In this document: positions 20,383 to 29,876 of the stretch, in pieces
Layout of the letters: each line of letters begins with the position of its first letter
Numbering within the stretch: the first letter of the stretch is position 1
Origin: a virus
Length of the DNA stretch: 64,000 nt
IMG/VR virus record: IMGVR_UViG_3300005805_000045
Span: 64,001-128,000 of that record
Direction: 5' to 3' (one strand)
Program-made: the position numbers and the translations under genes
The notes under the pieces: model-generated
Database searches by the model: none
What the model saw: the letters and a program-made list of their open reading frames with translations, nothing else
Told to the model about the DNA's origin: nothing

Positions 20383-21645
20383 TTATTTTAGACTACCAAA
20401 AATTTTTCCGATGAATGCACCGCCACCCTGATGAGTAAATTTATTTACAAGATTACCTATCTGTGCTGGATTTACATGATTTGTTGCTGCTATCATTTGT
20501 TTGAATTTACCTGCTAGAGGTCCTGGAAGTCTATCTATAATTTGCATAATGTCTGCTCCACCTGAACCAAAAGCAGCAAGAACAGGATTTGCACCAGGTG
20601 TGCCGCCAGCAGAAGAAAGCAAAGATGAAAATGCTTGTATAGCATCTTGAATACCTTTGCTTTGTGCAATTGAGACGTTACCGTTTGCGTCTAGAACTTG
20701 AGTAATTTCGCCATAAGCACTTTGATATTTGATTTCTGTGCCTTTTAATTTGTCTAAACCAAACAGAGATACGTCTGTTTGTAGTTTAAACATGACATCC
20801 ATCAAGTCTGATAAGTTTGTTGCTTGTGCCATAAGTGCTATAGCATTTTCCATAAAGACTTCTTCATTGACACGAGCAGTTGTGATGTATGTGCCACCCT
20901 CACTATATTCAATATCTGGTACAAGAAATGAGATACTTTCAAATGCTGCCAAAAGTTCTAGTGGCATTTTCTCAGTGATCTTTTTCTTATTTTTCTTACT
21001 TAGATTCTTGAACATTTTGCCCAATGACATATTTATTCCAGGAAGCATAGAGAGCATAGATGGTGAAAGTATACCAGCTGCTGCTTGTTTTGCTGTTGGT
21101 ATAGGTCCAATTCCAGGCAATAAGTGACCAGCAAGCTGAAACAGTTCTGATTGACTAGGAAGTCCTTGTCTCAGAGAATGTGAATATCCTGCAACTTGTT
21201 TCTCTTTTGGTATTTTTACTCTAGCACCTCTTCTATTTGTTTCTTGAATATCAGGTTTAGGCATCATGCTGAGAATACGTCTGAATGCTTCCATCAAAAA
21301 TGGATTTGCCATAAACAAATTGATGTTGCCTGGTTGTGAAATTGTAGGATTCACGACATCGTTTGCTGTTCCTAGAACGACACAATCATTTCTTCCAGTT
21401 GTCGTAAAACAGTATACTAATGAACCAGGATCAAATGGTCTAGCAAATTCGTTTTGGTTCTTTCTGATTTGTGTGCTCAAAGCAATATCATCAGGAGTAA
21501 CACCTGTCCAAGAGTGTTCTGTTGGTGACCAAATTTGAATATTTCCAGTCTTTAGTGGATCTTGTTTTTGATCGTCAACACCTCCTTGACCATAAACAAT
21601 GCCAATTTGAATGCCGCCGTCACCAGGAAAATTCTTAGGATACAT
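20383..21645 (-). CDS. gp5 N-terminal (OB-fold-like) hub protein, no lysozyme domain
   Basis: GIV..QDPLKTGNIQIW resembles the gp5 DPLxLGRVRV motif; lies between gp27-like and the gp5 C-terminal gene. Confidence 0.5.
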   Translation of the reverse strand: MYPKNFPGDGGIQIGIVYGQGGVDDQKQDPLKTGNIQIWSPTEHSWTGVTPDDIALSTQIRKNQNEFARPFDPGSLVYCFTTTGRNDCVVLGTANDVVNPTISQPGNINLFMANPFLMEAFRRILSMMPKPDIQETNRRGARVKIPKEKQVAGYSHSLRQGLPSQSELFQLAGHLLPGIGPIPTAKQAAAGILSPSMLSMLPGINMSLGKMFKNLSKKNKKKITEKMPLELLAAFESISFLVPDIEYSEGGTYITTARVNEEVFMENAIALMAQATNLSDLMDVMFKLQTDVSLFGLDKLKGTEIKYQSAYGEITQVLDANGNVSIAQSKGIQDAIQAFSSLLSSAGGTPGANPVLAAFGSGGADIMQIIDRLPGPLAGKFKQMIAATNHVNPAQIGNLVNKFTHQGGGAFIGKIFGSLK

Positions 21646-21646
21646 G

Positions 21647-22873
21647 TTATACTTCTCCTCGCCCAACTGTTGTTGATACACAATCTATTGTTGTCGTTGC
21701 ATAACCACCACGTTTGATGTTATGCTTCATATGTAGAATCAAATAGGTACCCGTTCCATAATTCATTGCTCTTCCAGAAGGATCACTTAAATTTGGAAGT
21801 TCGAGTGCAATGACTTTACCTGCATGAAGAGCAGGATTCCAAGGAACAGTCATTCTTAGAGCAATCTTATCTTGTTCAAGCAACGACATTCTTGCTTGTC
21901 TTTTTTGCTGTGATACTTGTAATGAATCGGGGCACGTGCCTTGTTGAGCTGCTGATGATGAATTTGATAGTCCCATCTTTATAACAGAACTTCCTATTCC
22001 GCAACCTAAAGTTTGATTTCCAAAAAGACTGAATTGCTTAAATACAGGATTAAATACAGCCATAGAATTATTATCTCCGCCATTCAAACCTATACCATTT
22101 AGAGCATCAGATAGTAAATCAAAATCACAAGGAAATGATAGTGAAAGGGCAGAAAGTGGATTATAATTGCCTGATCTTATGCCTGTATCTTCATACATGA
22201 ATGGTTTAGATAAAACTGGTTGTTGTCTACTCATTCTATAGAGTGATCTAAAATGATGAGTAGATATATTTTCAAATGTCATAAAATGAAGAAATGAAGG
22301 ATCCATATTTCCTGTATACGCCACAGATGCTTGTTGAGATACCACTTGAAACGGATGTATATTTGGAGCAATGTATGGTCTTGCTGGACTAGACGGTTCA
22401 GTCCTTAGTCTTTGTACTCCTGCACATTGACGTAGAACATCTTCAACAACTTGTGTTGGAGTAGCACATTTCCATGATTTACTCACAAGAGTTTCAGCAT
22501 CAAATATCATAGTTGGATCACACAATCTTAGTAGATATTCTTGATTTCGTATGCCGTTGAAAAATTTTCTATTTTCAAGTCTATAAAGTGTCTGTTCAGT
22601 ATACAAAGTTGGAGACATATCAAAGAATTTTTCCAACTGTGGTTTTGTGATTCTTATGTTAACTTTTGCTCCTTTAAAATACTCATGATATTTTACTGGC
22701 ATACGTTGTGCATAATCATGTATTCTTATAGTTGTTTGTAGACCTGGTGTCAACAAACTTTCACCCATAATAATTTCCATTTCAGTAAAATCTTCCAGCA
22801 ACGAAGCTGGAATATTGCCTTCATATTCAATTTGAAAGTCTGCAAGAAAACTTTCTGGTCCTTCAAAATCCAT
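21647..22873 (-). CDS. Baseplate hub protein (gp27-like)
   Basis: C-terminal LHAGKVI..GTYLILHMKH motif of gp27/gpD hubs; synteny. Confidence 0.65.
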   Translation of the reverse strand: MDFEGPESFLADFQIEYEGNIPASLLEDFTEMEIIMGESLLTPGLQTTIRIHDYAQRMPVKYHEYFKGAKVNIRITKPQLEKFFDMSPTLYTEQTLYRLENRKFFNGIRNQEYLLRLCDPTMIFDAETLVSKSWKCATPTQVVEDVLRQCAGVQRLRTEPSSPARPYIAPNIHPFQVVSQQASVAYTGNMDPSFLHFMTFENISTHHFRSLYRMSRQQPVLSKPFMYEDTGIRSGNYNPLSALSLSFPCDFDLLSDALNGIGLNGGDNNSMAVFNPVFKQFSLFGNQTLGCGIGSSVIKMGLSNSSSAAQQGTCPDSLQVSQQKRQARMSLLEQDKIALRMTVPWNPALHAGKVIALELPNLSDPSGRAMNYGTGTYLILHMKHNIKRGGYATTTIDCVSTTVGRGEV

Positions 22874-23565
22874 TATACTAGCCTTCTAATGAAAGGAGTT
22901 CTTCTGTTAATTTGTACGAGATTATCAAATTCACGAACAATCTGAGGATAGTATTCTGGTTTAATAATCTTGATCGATCTTTTCTTTTCATTCAAATCTA
23001 CTTCATAATCATAGTTTGTGATTCTTCTTGTGAACTCAGTTTCTTTAACTGTTCTACCGTTTGCAAAATTTACAGGTTCATATTCTTGAGTTTTTGGTAA
23101 GTTATCGTATGTATCATAAGGAACAGTCATATTATTCACAGTTAATTGATCTTCATTTATCCAAAATACATCCTCAGTAACAATTCCACTTAACTGTTCT
23201 TCTCTAATCACAACCTTTTCATAGTGATGATACGTTGTTTGAGCGGTTTCAATTGATCCATATTTTCCTATGATGTAATTATTGAAATCTTTATAGTTCA
23301 ATGGCCAGTCGTATTGTGGATCTACAATGTCGTTTGCTAGTAATATTATCCAATGCGCTTCAGGATTATTGTATACTTTATCTGCCAAAATTTCTGGCGT
23401 CTGATCATCTTCGACATCATAAACATAATATGCATTTATGTTTGCAAGAACAGATCGAATTACTTGAATCCGAAAAAATATATTTGTGACAGATTGAAGT
23501 GATGTAAGCTGTTTTCCTGCAATATCATAGCTTATTTGTGGAAATTTATTGAAAAACTGAGTCAT
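22873..23565 (-). CDS. gp53: Baseplate wedge protein gp53
   Basis: FFNKFP, TPEILADKVY..HWIILLAN.I.DP.YDWP, NEKKRSIKII. Confidence 0.92.
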   Translation of the reverse strand: MTQFFNKFPQISYDIAGKQLTSLQSVTNIFFRIQVIRSVLANINAYYVYDVEDDQTPEILADKVYNNPEAHWIILLANDIVDPQYDWPLNYKDFNNYIIGKYGSIETAQTTYHHYEKVVIREEQLSGIVTEDVFWINEDQLTVNNMTVPYDTYDNLPKTQEYEPVNFANGRTVKETEFTRRITNYDYEVDLNEKKRSIKIIKPEYYPQIVREFDNLVQINRRTPFIRRLV

Positions 23566-24540
23566 TTAGAATCCCTGAAGTATTCGTTTTTTATGAATTG
23601 GTTCTACTTCTCTTAATCCCATGCTAAGTCTAACAGCAACTGGATGATCGTTTTCAAATGCTGAGAAATTACCTGATATAGGTGTATAGTCTACTTCTAT
23701 TCTGTCCATCACACAAGTGTTTATTCGAATCAATTCTTTGTTCTCTTTGCCTTTTGAAAAAAATGTAATATCAAAATCAGCTGGATTGATAAATGTGAAC
23801 GATGCTGTTGTTGGATTGAGTTCAGGAGCAGCATGAAATCTTAGAGTTTTTACGATATTCTTTATTGTTTTAGATTCGCCTTCATTTCTTGGAATCATTA
23901 TGAGTTCAAATGCAAACTGTCTTAGAGCGACAGAGGTAAAAAGAATTTCTACAGCAGGATTGATCGGATTTCCTGTAAGAGCAGCTATATTACTAACTCC
24001 TGTACTACCTACAACTTCTCCAATGGCATCTATAGCTCTAGCGCCTGCCGATACACCATTTTGCATCGATTGAAACATATTTCTAAATCCAGAAGTTTGT
24101 GCTGCTAATGCAACACCTAATCTTCCACCTAATGCTGTTAGAGATATTTCCTCATAAACATTATTTGTGTTGAAAATCAGTGGTGTTGGCATGTATAATG
24201 CTATTGATTGTGCTATTCTTTTTGTGCTTCTTGCACCAAATATACCTCTAGCATTTCCTGTAATACCACGCTCAAGAAAACCATCACTTTGACGCAATCT
24301 TTCAACTTTTGATATATCGTTTGTTGATGTGGAATATCTTTGTCCTAATGACATTGAACCAAATTCACCGACATTTAAAAGTTTTTCGGAAACATTTATG
24401 TTTATCATCATATAGTGACTCAGATGTGATTGTCCCAAATCAGAGGGAAACACTAGAGACCTAAAGTCATAATTGCTTGTCAAAAATGATGAGTTATTCG
24501 ATGATGTTACGTCTAGCCATTCTGTAGGTACACCTGGCAT
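23566..24540 (-). CDS. gp48: Baseplate tail-tube cap gp48
   Basis: IALYMP, NP..EILF....R.F.F...PRNE.E, VDYTP. Confidence 0.85.
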   Translation of the reverse strand: MPGVPTEWLDVTSSNNSSFLTSNYDFRSLVFPSDLGQSHLSHYMMININVSEKLLNVGEFGSMSLGQRYSTSTNDISKVERLRQSDGFLERGITGNARGIFGARSTKRIAQSIALYMPTPLIFNTNNVYEEISLTALGGRLGVALAAQTSGFRNMFQSMQNGVSAGARAIDAIGEVVGSTGVSNIAALTGNPINPAVEILFTSVALRQFAFELIMIPRNEGESKTIKNIVKTLRFHAAPELNPTTASFTFINPADFDITFFSKGKENKELIRINTCVMDRIEVDYTPISGNFSAFENDHPVAVRLSMGLREVEPIHKKRILQGF

Positions 24541-24565
24541 GTCTTATCCTTTTAAGAGTTCTATA

Positions 24566-24587
24566 TATTTATACATCAAAATAAATA
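24566..24587. promoter_or_regulatory. Divergent late promoters: TATAAATA (-) 24566-24573 and AATAAATA (+) 24580-24587
   Basis: Back-to-back motifs between divergent gp48 and gp4. Confidence 0.8.
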
Positions 24588-24592
24588 GTAGC

Positions 24593-25039
24593 ATGAACAC
24601 AAAGACGTACAAAGGAAAATTTACGCCCAAGAATCCCAAGAAGTATAAGGGTGATCCAACCAATATCATCTTTAGGTCTTTATGGGAACGAAAGGTCATG
24701 AAATGGCTCGATGAGAATACTAATGTCATTGAGTGGCAGAGCGAAGAAATTGCTATTCCATACATATCACCCGTAGATAACAGATATCATAGATACTTCC
24801 CAGACTTTCTTGTCAAAGTCAAAACACCAGATGGCAATACAAAGACCATGATGCTTGAAGTAAAGCCCTCAGCACAAACCAAAGAACCCAAAGTTTCCAA
24901 GAAAAAGACACAGAAATACATCACCGAAGTTATGACTTGGGGCGTCAATCAAGCCAAGTGGAAGTATGCTAAAGAATACTGTGCTGATCGCAACTGGGAA
25001 TTTAAACTCATAACTGAAGCCGAACTTGGCATAAAATAG
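24593..25039 (+). CDS. gp4: Head completion nuclease gp4
   Basis: YKGKF.PKNPKKYKGDP..I.FRSLWE, HRYFPDF, EVKP, NQAKW; ATG at 24593 preferred over the ORF-track start. Confidence 0.93.
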   Translation: MNTKTYKGKFTPKNPKKYKGDPTNIIFRSLWERKVMKWLDENTNVIEWQSEEIAIPYISPVDNRYHRYFPDFLVKVKTPDGNTKTMMLEVKPSAQTKEPKVSKKKTQKYITEVMTWGVNQAKWKYAKEYCADRNWEFKLITEAELGIK

Positions 25040-25051
25040 ATAAATACAGAT

Positions 25052-25555
25052 ATGGCAAATCAACAACAAAAACAAAAAGAAGCTGTCGATTGGTGGCTCA
25101 ATAAAGCTAGAGGCGCTGCTGGCTATAGACGCAATCTGCTGTCTAATGCCGATCGGTCCAGAGGAACCACTGTCATAGGCAAGATGTTCTTCTTTGAATA
25201 TGATCCTAAGCACAAAGCTAAACTTCCAATCTATGACAGATTTCCACTCGTATTTCCCATTCAAAGATACCCAGATGGTTTCTTGGGTCTCAATCTACAT
25301 TATCTTGATGGTAAACTAAGAACAACGATCTTAGATGAACTCAAAGAATATACCACCAATAGTAAAATGAATGAGACGACGAAGTTAAGGCTTTCATACG
25401 ATCTTCTTTCACGCACAACACTTCTTTCTTCAGTAGCACCTTGCATCAAACGATATCTCACTGGTCATGTAAGAAGCCATTTCATCGAGATAACAGCAAA
25501 TGAATGGGACAAGGTCGCACAATTACCAGTTCAAGTATTCGTAACAAGGACATAA
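25052..25555 (+). CDS. gp2: DNA end protector protein gp2
   Basis: GKMFFFEYDPK.K..LP.YDRFPL, GLNLHYL, CIKRYL; GATAAATA at 25039-25046. Confidence 0.92.
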   Translation: MANQQQKQKEAVDWWLNKARGAAGYRRNLLSNADRSRGTTVIGKMFFFEYDPKHKAKLPIYDRFPLVFPIQRYPDGFLGLNLHYLDGKLRTTILDELKEYTTNSKMNETTKLRLSYDLLSRTTLLSSVAPCIKRYLTGHVRSHFIEITANEWDKVAQLPVQVFVTRT

Positions 25556-25560
25556 AATAG

Positions 25561-26283
25561 ATGGCATCCTACAATATAACAAATCCTGCATCAGCTATGG
25601 ACATGAATAGTGCTTACCGTATAATGGAAAATTATAACGGCCTGGCTAAGTCATGTCGGTTTTTTGTAAGAATAAATCAAATTGACAAAATTCCATCTAG
25701 AGCAAAAAACGCTGCTCGTGATTTAGAATATCTTTGTGAAACTACTGATTTGCCAGGACGAGGGTTTGTCAGTGCTGACATCCGTTATTATGGTCCAAAT
25801 TTCAAGATGCCCGTTCAGACACAATATGAAGACATAAATTTCACTTTTCTATGCAGGAATAAATCCTTTGAGAGAGAATTTTTTGATGACTGGATGGATT
25901 ATATGAATCCAAATAATTCTTTTGATTTCAAATACCGTGATCAGTATGCAGTGAGTATAGACATTTTTCAAATATCAGAATATCCTGATAGCAATGGATC
26001 AATAGAAGCAGGCATACCAGGTCAAGTTCGTGATATTGGTAAAGCCGAATATAGATTGACGTTGCACAATGCATATCCCATTTTGCTAAACGCACAACCA
26101 TTGAACTGGTCTGACTTCAATTATCTTAGACTTGTTGTTTCATTTACATATACACACTGGGGAAGAGATCAAGATAAAACAAGAACAGGATTTAATCTGT
26201 TGACTGGAATTGAAAACGTGCAGTATGATGAGTCTGTAGCCAATCGGTTACCTTTATCATCTCCAGGCACAATTTCAAGATAA
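25561..26283 (+). CDS. Tail tube initiator gp54 / gp19-like
   Basis: LCETTDLPGR, EREFFDDWMDY, AYP..L..QPLNW, VSFTY.HW. Confidence 0.75.
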   Translation: MASYNITNPASAMDMNSAYRIMENYNGLAKSCRFFVRINQIDKIPSRAKNAARDLEYLCETTDLPGRGFVSADIRYYGPNFKMPVQTQYEDINFTFLCRNKSFEREFFDDWMDYMNPNNSFDFKYRDQYAVSIDIFQISEYPDSNGSIEAGIPGQVRDIGKAEYRLTLHNAYPILLNAQPLNWSDFNYLRLVVSFTYTHWGRDQDKTRTGFNLLTGIENVQYDESVANRLPLSSPGTISR

Positions 26284-26307
26284 TGATATAATGAGGAGTT
26301 TTTAATA

Positions 26308-27030
26308 ATGCTACCAAAAATTGACTTACCTACATATGACCTAACTTTGCCATCCACAGGCAAAAAGATAAAAGTAAGACCGTTTCTAGTAAAAGAAGAA
26401 AAGCTCTTGCTTATGGCTCTAGAATCTGATGATGATCTGGAAATAGTGAACACAACAAAACAAATCATCAATAACTGTATTGTTTCAGAAAAGATAGACG
26501 TAAACGCACTTCCGTTCTTTGATGTTGATTATCTATTCATTGCCCTCAGAGCAAAATCTATTGGTGAAAAAGTAGACATCAAATACACATGCAAAAACGT
26601 CGTGAATGGAGAAACATGTGGTGCTTCATTCAACGCCGAAATAGATGTGTCAAACGTCAAAGTCATCAAAGATGAATCTATTGCAAACGTTATTGATTTG
26701 AAGAACAATATCAAAGTCAAGATGAAATATCCTTCATATACAACTATGAAGTTGATCATGGACAATGAAAACATTCTGGATAAGAAAATCAAGCTGATTG
26801 CCAACTCAATTGAATACATTCAGAACAAAGAGAGTATTATAACAACCAAAGATGTTACCAAAGAAGAACTCGAACAGTTTGTTGGTGATCTTATTCAGGA
26901 ACAGTATAAAAAACTCGAACACTTTATAGATAATCTGCCTTCATTTGTCGTTCAAAGCACTGCAACATGCAACAAATGTAACTTCGTTCATAATCTAGAG
27001 TATTCGGACTTCACAAGTTTTTTCGTCTAA
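26308..27030 (+). CDS. gp26: Baseplate hub subunit gp26
   Basis: MLPKIDLPTY.L.LPS..RPFLVKEEK.LL.A.ES, LRAKSIGE. Confidence 0.92.
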   Translation: MLPKIDLPTYDLTLPSTGKKIKVRPFLVKEEKLLLMALESDDDLEIVNTTKQIINNCIVSEKIDVNALPFFDVDYLFIALRAKSIGEKVDIKYTCKNVVNGETCGASFNAEIDVSNVKVIKDESIANVIDLKNNIKVKMKYPSYTTMKLIMDNENILDKKIKLIANSIEYIQNKESIITTKDVTKEELEQFVGDLIQEQYKKLEHFIDNLPSFVVQSTATCNKCNFVHNLEYSDFTSFFV

Positions 27031-27236
27031 TGCTTGGTTACGATACATTGATGAATCATTTTCAGACAAACTTTTCCCTGATGCAGCACCACAAATATAG
27101 TCTTTCAGATATAGAATCAATGATGCCTTGGGAAAAATTCATCTATGTAGATATGTTAAAACAGTATATCAAACACCTCGAAGATATGCAACGTGATCAA
27201 GCAGCACAACAAAGAGCACAGAGAACGAGAAGATAA
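27030..27236 (+). CDS. gp51: Baseplate hub assembly catalyst gp51
   Basis: NFSLMQHHKYSLSDIESMMPWE. Confidence 0.9.
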   Translation: MLGYDTLMNHFQTNFSLMQHHKYSLSDIESMMPWEKFIYVDMLKQYIKHLEDMQRDQAAQQRAQRTRR

Positions 27237-29875
27237 TGGTAAATAGAATATCGACAAGAATGGATCAAATGCCAAGACGGGATTTGACCGCTGCACTAAC
27301 GATAGATCCTAGAAGAAATAGACAATTGCCTATTCAAGCTATGCCTGTACTTAGAGGTAGAGATATATCTGAATTAGAGGCGATATCTGCTGCCGAATAT
27401 GCTGCTAAGTTTCCTTCTCATGGAAGAAGATTGGCTTCGTTATCTACAGGTGGTATTGCTCGTGACTTTGCTTCATCTGGTGGAACACCATCAAGTGCAG
27501 CGCCAGAAGTGAGTCCAGAATCTGGCGCTGCACCAGCTCCTTCTGGTCGTACACCTTCTGGATCTTCCGCTGCACCAGCTGGTCCTTCAGGAAGAAAAAA
27601 AGAAGGAGAACCTCAAGTTCCTGCATGGCAACAGGGTTTAGATAAGATAGCTGGTGCACCCAAAACTGGTCCAAGAACTGGTCCTATCGATAGAAGCAAA
27701 TTTAAAAGTGAACTTGATGATCCAGCAGTAAGACGCTTATTTGGAGATATGATACAAGCAGAAGTTGGACATCAGGGAAGAGAAGCACAAATTAGACTTG
27801 CTGAAACAGTATTCAATCGTGCAATGTATGAAGGCAAAACACTAAAACAAATTTTGTCAGACGAAAAATATTATCAACCATATCGTAATGGTAGATTTGC
27901 TGCTGCTCAAAAAGAAATAAACGAAGAGAAAAGAAATCATCTAAATGGTATAATTGATCACACTTATGCTGGTTCAGATGAAACAGATGGTGCTGCTCAC
28001 AATTTTGCTGGACACATACCTGATGATTTGATTGTTGGAAAATATGGCGGCATTCCTGGATCAATCAAAAAAGTTGGTAATGAAAAATACTACAGAAAGA
28101 AATATAAGAATGAGATTGAGGGTTATAAAAACTTACCAAGAGTAGAAGAAAAATCAACAGAACAAAGAGAGCTTCCTTCAATACCAGAAGGATATGAGAA
28201 ATTACCAAAAGCAGTACGTGATAAAATTGAGAAATATGATCCGGAACAGCGATCTAGATTGTTTGATCATTTCAATAAAAATCCAGAAGCAATTGATCAA
28301 TTAACAAAACAATACGAATCAAAACAAGGAATAGTATCACCAGAAAAAAATGCAGCAGAAGTAGTAGATAAAGCACTAACAACTGAAACTGGACTAGCTA
28401 CTCCATCAAAAAACTTTAGATTTCAAGATGGTTGGATAACTTCACAATCTGATAGAAATTGGAATCAATGTGTTGCCCTTTCTCGTGCGTTCAATCCAGA
28501 TGTAGGACGAGCATCACAATGGAAAGTTGATCCAAAAGCACAAATAGTGCCTGGAAGTATGGTAGCATCTACAAAATATGGCACTGGAAGTACGCCTGGT
28601 GGTACACCTGGTGCTGGCTATCACACAGGAATTGCATTGACTGCTCCTGATAAAAATGGTAACTTTCTTATTTTAGATCAAGGTTCTGGTATGCGTGCTG
28701 TTGTCAGACAAAGTAATATCAATGGCAGAGTATTTGGTGGACAAGCTGGTGTAGTGCAAGGAACTCAACCATCTATGGCAGCATTAGAAACTGCTCTCAA
28801 AATGACTAAAAATGAAAATCACATTGAAAGAATTAAACAATCTATTGATCAATTAAAAAAACAAACAGATGTTAATAAAGAACCAATGACAGAAGATCAG
28901 CGTCGTGCAGCAGGTGCAACAAAAGAAGAAAAAGAAGAAGTAAATAAACAATCTTCAATAGAAAAACCATTAGTAACAACAGTTTCACCACCTGAACAGC
29001 CTACAGATCAGAGACAAGCTCAAAGTCGTGGTTCAGCAGAACTTGCTCTTCCGCCCGTGTCTCAAACACTGCCTGTTCCAAAATCAGAATCAACATCACC
29101 AGTTTTACCACCAGTTGTGACAACAGTTTCACCTTCATCATCGGCATTCACTGCTCCAACAACACCTGCTGAACCTCAAGCACAACCAGCTGTTCCTCAA
29201 GAGCCAAAAGCACCCACTGCTCCAACAACACCGGCGACACCTGCTGAACCACAAGCACAACCAGCTGTTCTTCAAGAGCCACCAAAGTTAATTGAACCTG
29301 TTACAGAAGTAAGAGGAATGCCAGCTCCAGCAGCAACAGCAGAGCCTGCGCCTCAACCTGCACCGCCTTCACCTCAACCAGAAGCAGCACCTTCGTCAGA
29401 AAAACAAGATTATCAAGAATATCAATATGGTGGTGAAAAGAGAGTACCAGATAAGGACAATCTGAGAGTTATCAACGAAGATACAGGCAAAACTCTGTTC
29501 AAGATGAATCCATCAGAAGGGATTCATATAAATCAGGTTGGAAATGTTGAAGTAACACCTCAACAGCGAATATATCCCGGTGATATTCAAAAGCAACAAA
29601 AAGTACGACAAAACAAAGAGATGCAAGAATCTCAAGAAACTCAAAGAGAACTGAGTACACCATCAGCACAACCATCTCCACAAGCATATACAAATGCTTC
29701 AAATCCAGGTCTCGAACATATGAGAGCAGCAGAAATGGACATGTCTAATATTCTTGGCTCAGTTTCGTTCAGACGATCTGTAGGAAGAAGCAGATTTGTC
29801 AGCGTTGGTAATTCTATTCTTGGTGGCCATTTTGACTACGGTGCAGCTAACATGAGCAGAAGGTCCACTTCATAA
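27236..29875 (+). CDS. Large virion protein with SleB/CwlJ-like hydrolase and NlpC/P60 (Tae-like) amidase domains
   Basis: AEVGHQG..Q...AETVFNR..YYQP; QCVAL..HTGI..ILDQ (Cys-His-Asp); Pro/Ala/Gln-rich linkers. Confidence 0.6.
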   Translation: MVNRISTRMDQMPRRDLTAALTIDPRRNRQLPIQAMPVLRGRDISELEAISAAEYAAKFPSHGRRLASLSTGGIARDFASSGGTPSSAAPEVSPESGAAPAPSGRTPSGSSAAPAGPSGRKKEGEPQVPAWQQGLDKIAGAPKTGPRTGPIDRSKFKSELDDPAVRRLFGDMIQAEVGHQGREAQIRLAETVFNRAMYEGKTLKQILSDEKYYQPYRNGRFAAAQKEINEEKRNHLNGIIDHTYAGSDETDGAAHNFAGHIPDDLIVGKYGGIPGSIKKVGNEKYYRKKYKNEIEGYKNLPRVEEKSTEQRELPSIPEGYEKLPKAVRDKIEKYDPEQRSRLFDHFNKNPEAIDQLTKQYESKQGIVSPEKNAAEVVDKALTTETGLATPSKNFRFQDGWITSQSDRNWNQCVALSRAFNPDVGRASQWKVDPKAQIVPGSMVASTKYGTGSTPGGTPGAGYHTGIALTAPDKNGNFLILDQGSGMRAVVRQSNINGRVFGGQAGVVQGTQPSMAALETALKMTKNENHIERIKQSIDQLKKQTDVNKEPMTEDQRRAAGATKEEKEEVNKQSSIEKPLVTTVSPPEQPTDQRQAQSRGSAELALPPVSQTLPVPKSESTSPVLPPVVTTVSPSSSAFTAPTTPAEPQAQPAVPQEPKAPTAPTTPATPAEPQAQPAVLQEPPKLIEPVTEVRGMPAPAATAEPAPQPAPPSPQPEAAPSSEKQDYQEYQYGGEKRVPDKDNLRVINEDTGKTLFKMNPSEGIHINQVGNVEVTPQQRIYPGDIQKQQKVRQNKEMQESQETQRELSTPSAQPSPQAYTNASNPGLEHMRAAEMDMSNILGSVSFRRSVGRSRFVSVGNSILGGHFDYGAANMSRRSTS
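29150..29280 (+). repeat. Intragenic duplication encoding TAPTTPA..EPQAQPAVxQEP twice
   Basis: actgctccaacaacacc and cctgctgaacc.caagcacaaccagctgtt each occur twice. Confidence 0.75.
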
Positions 29876-29876
29876 T

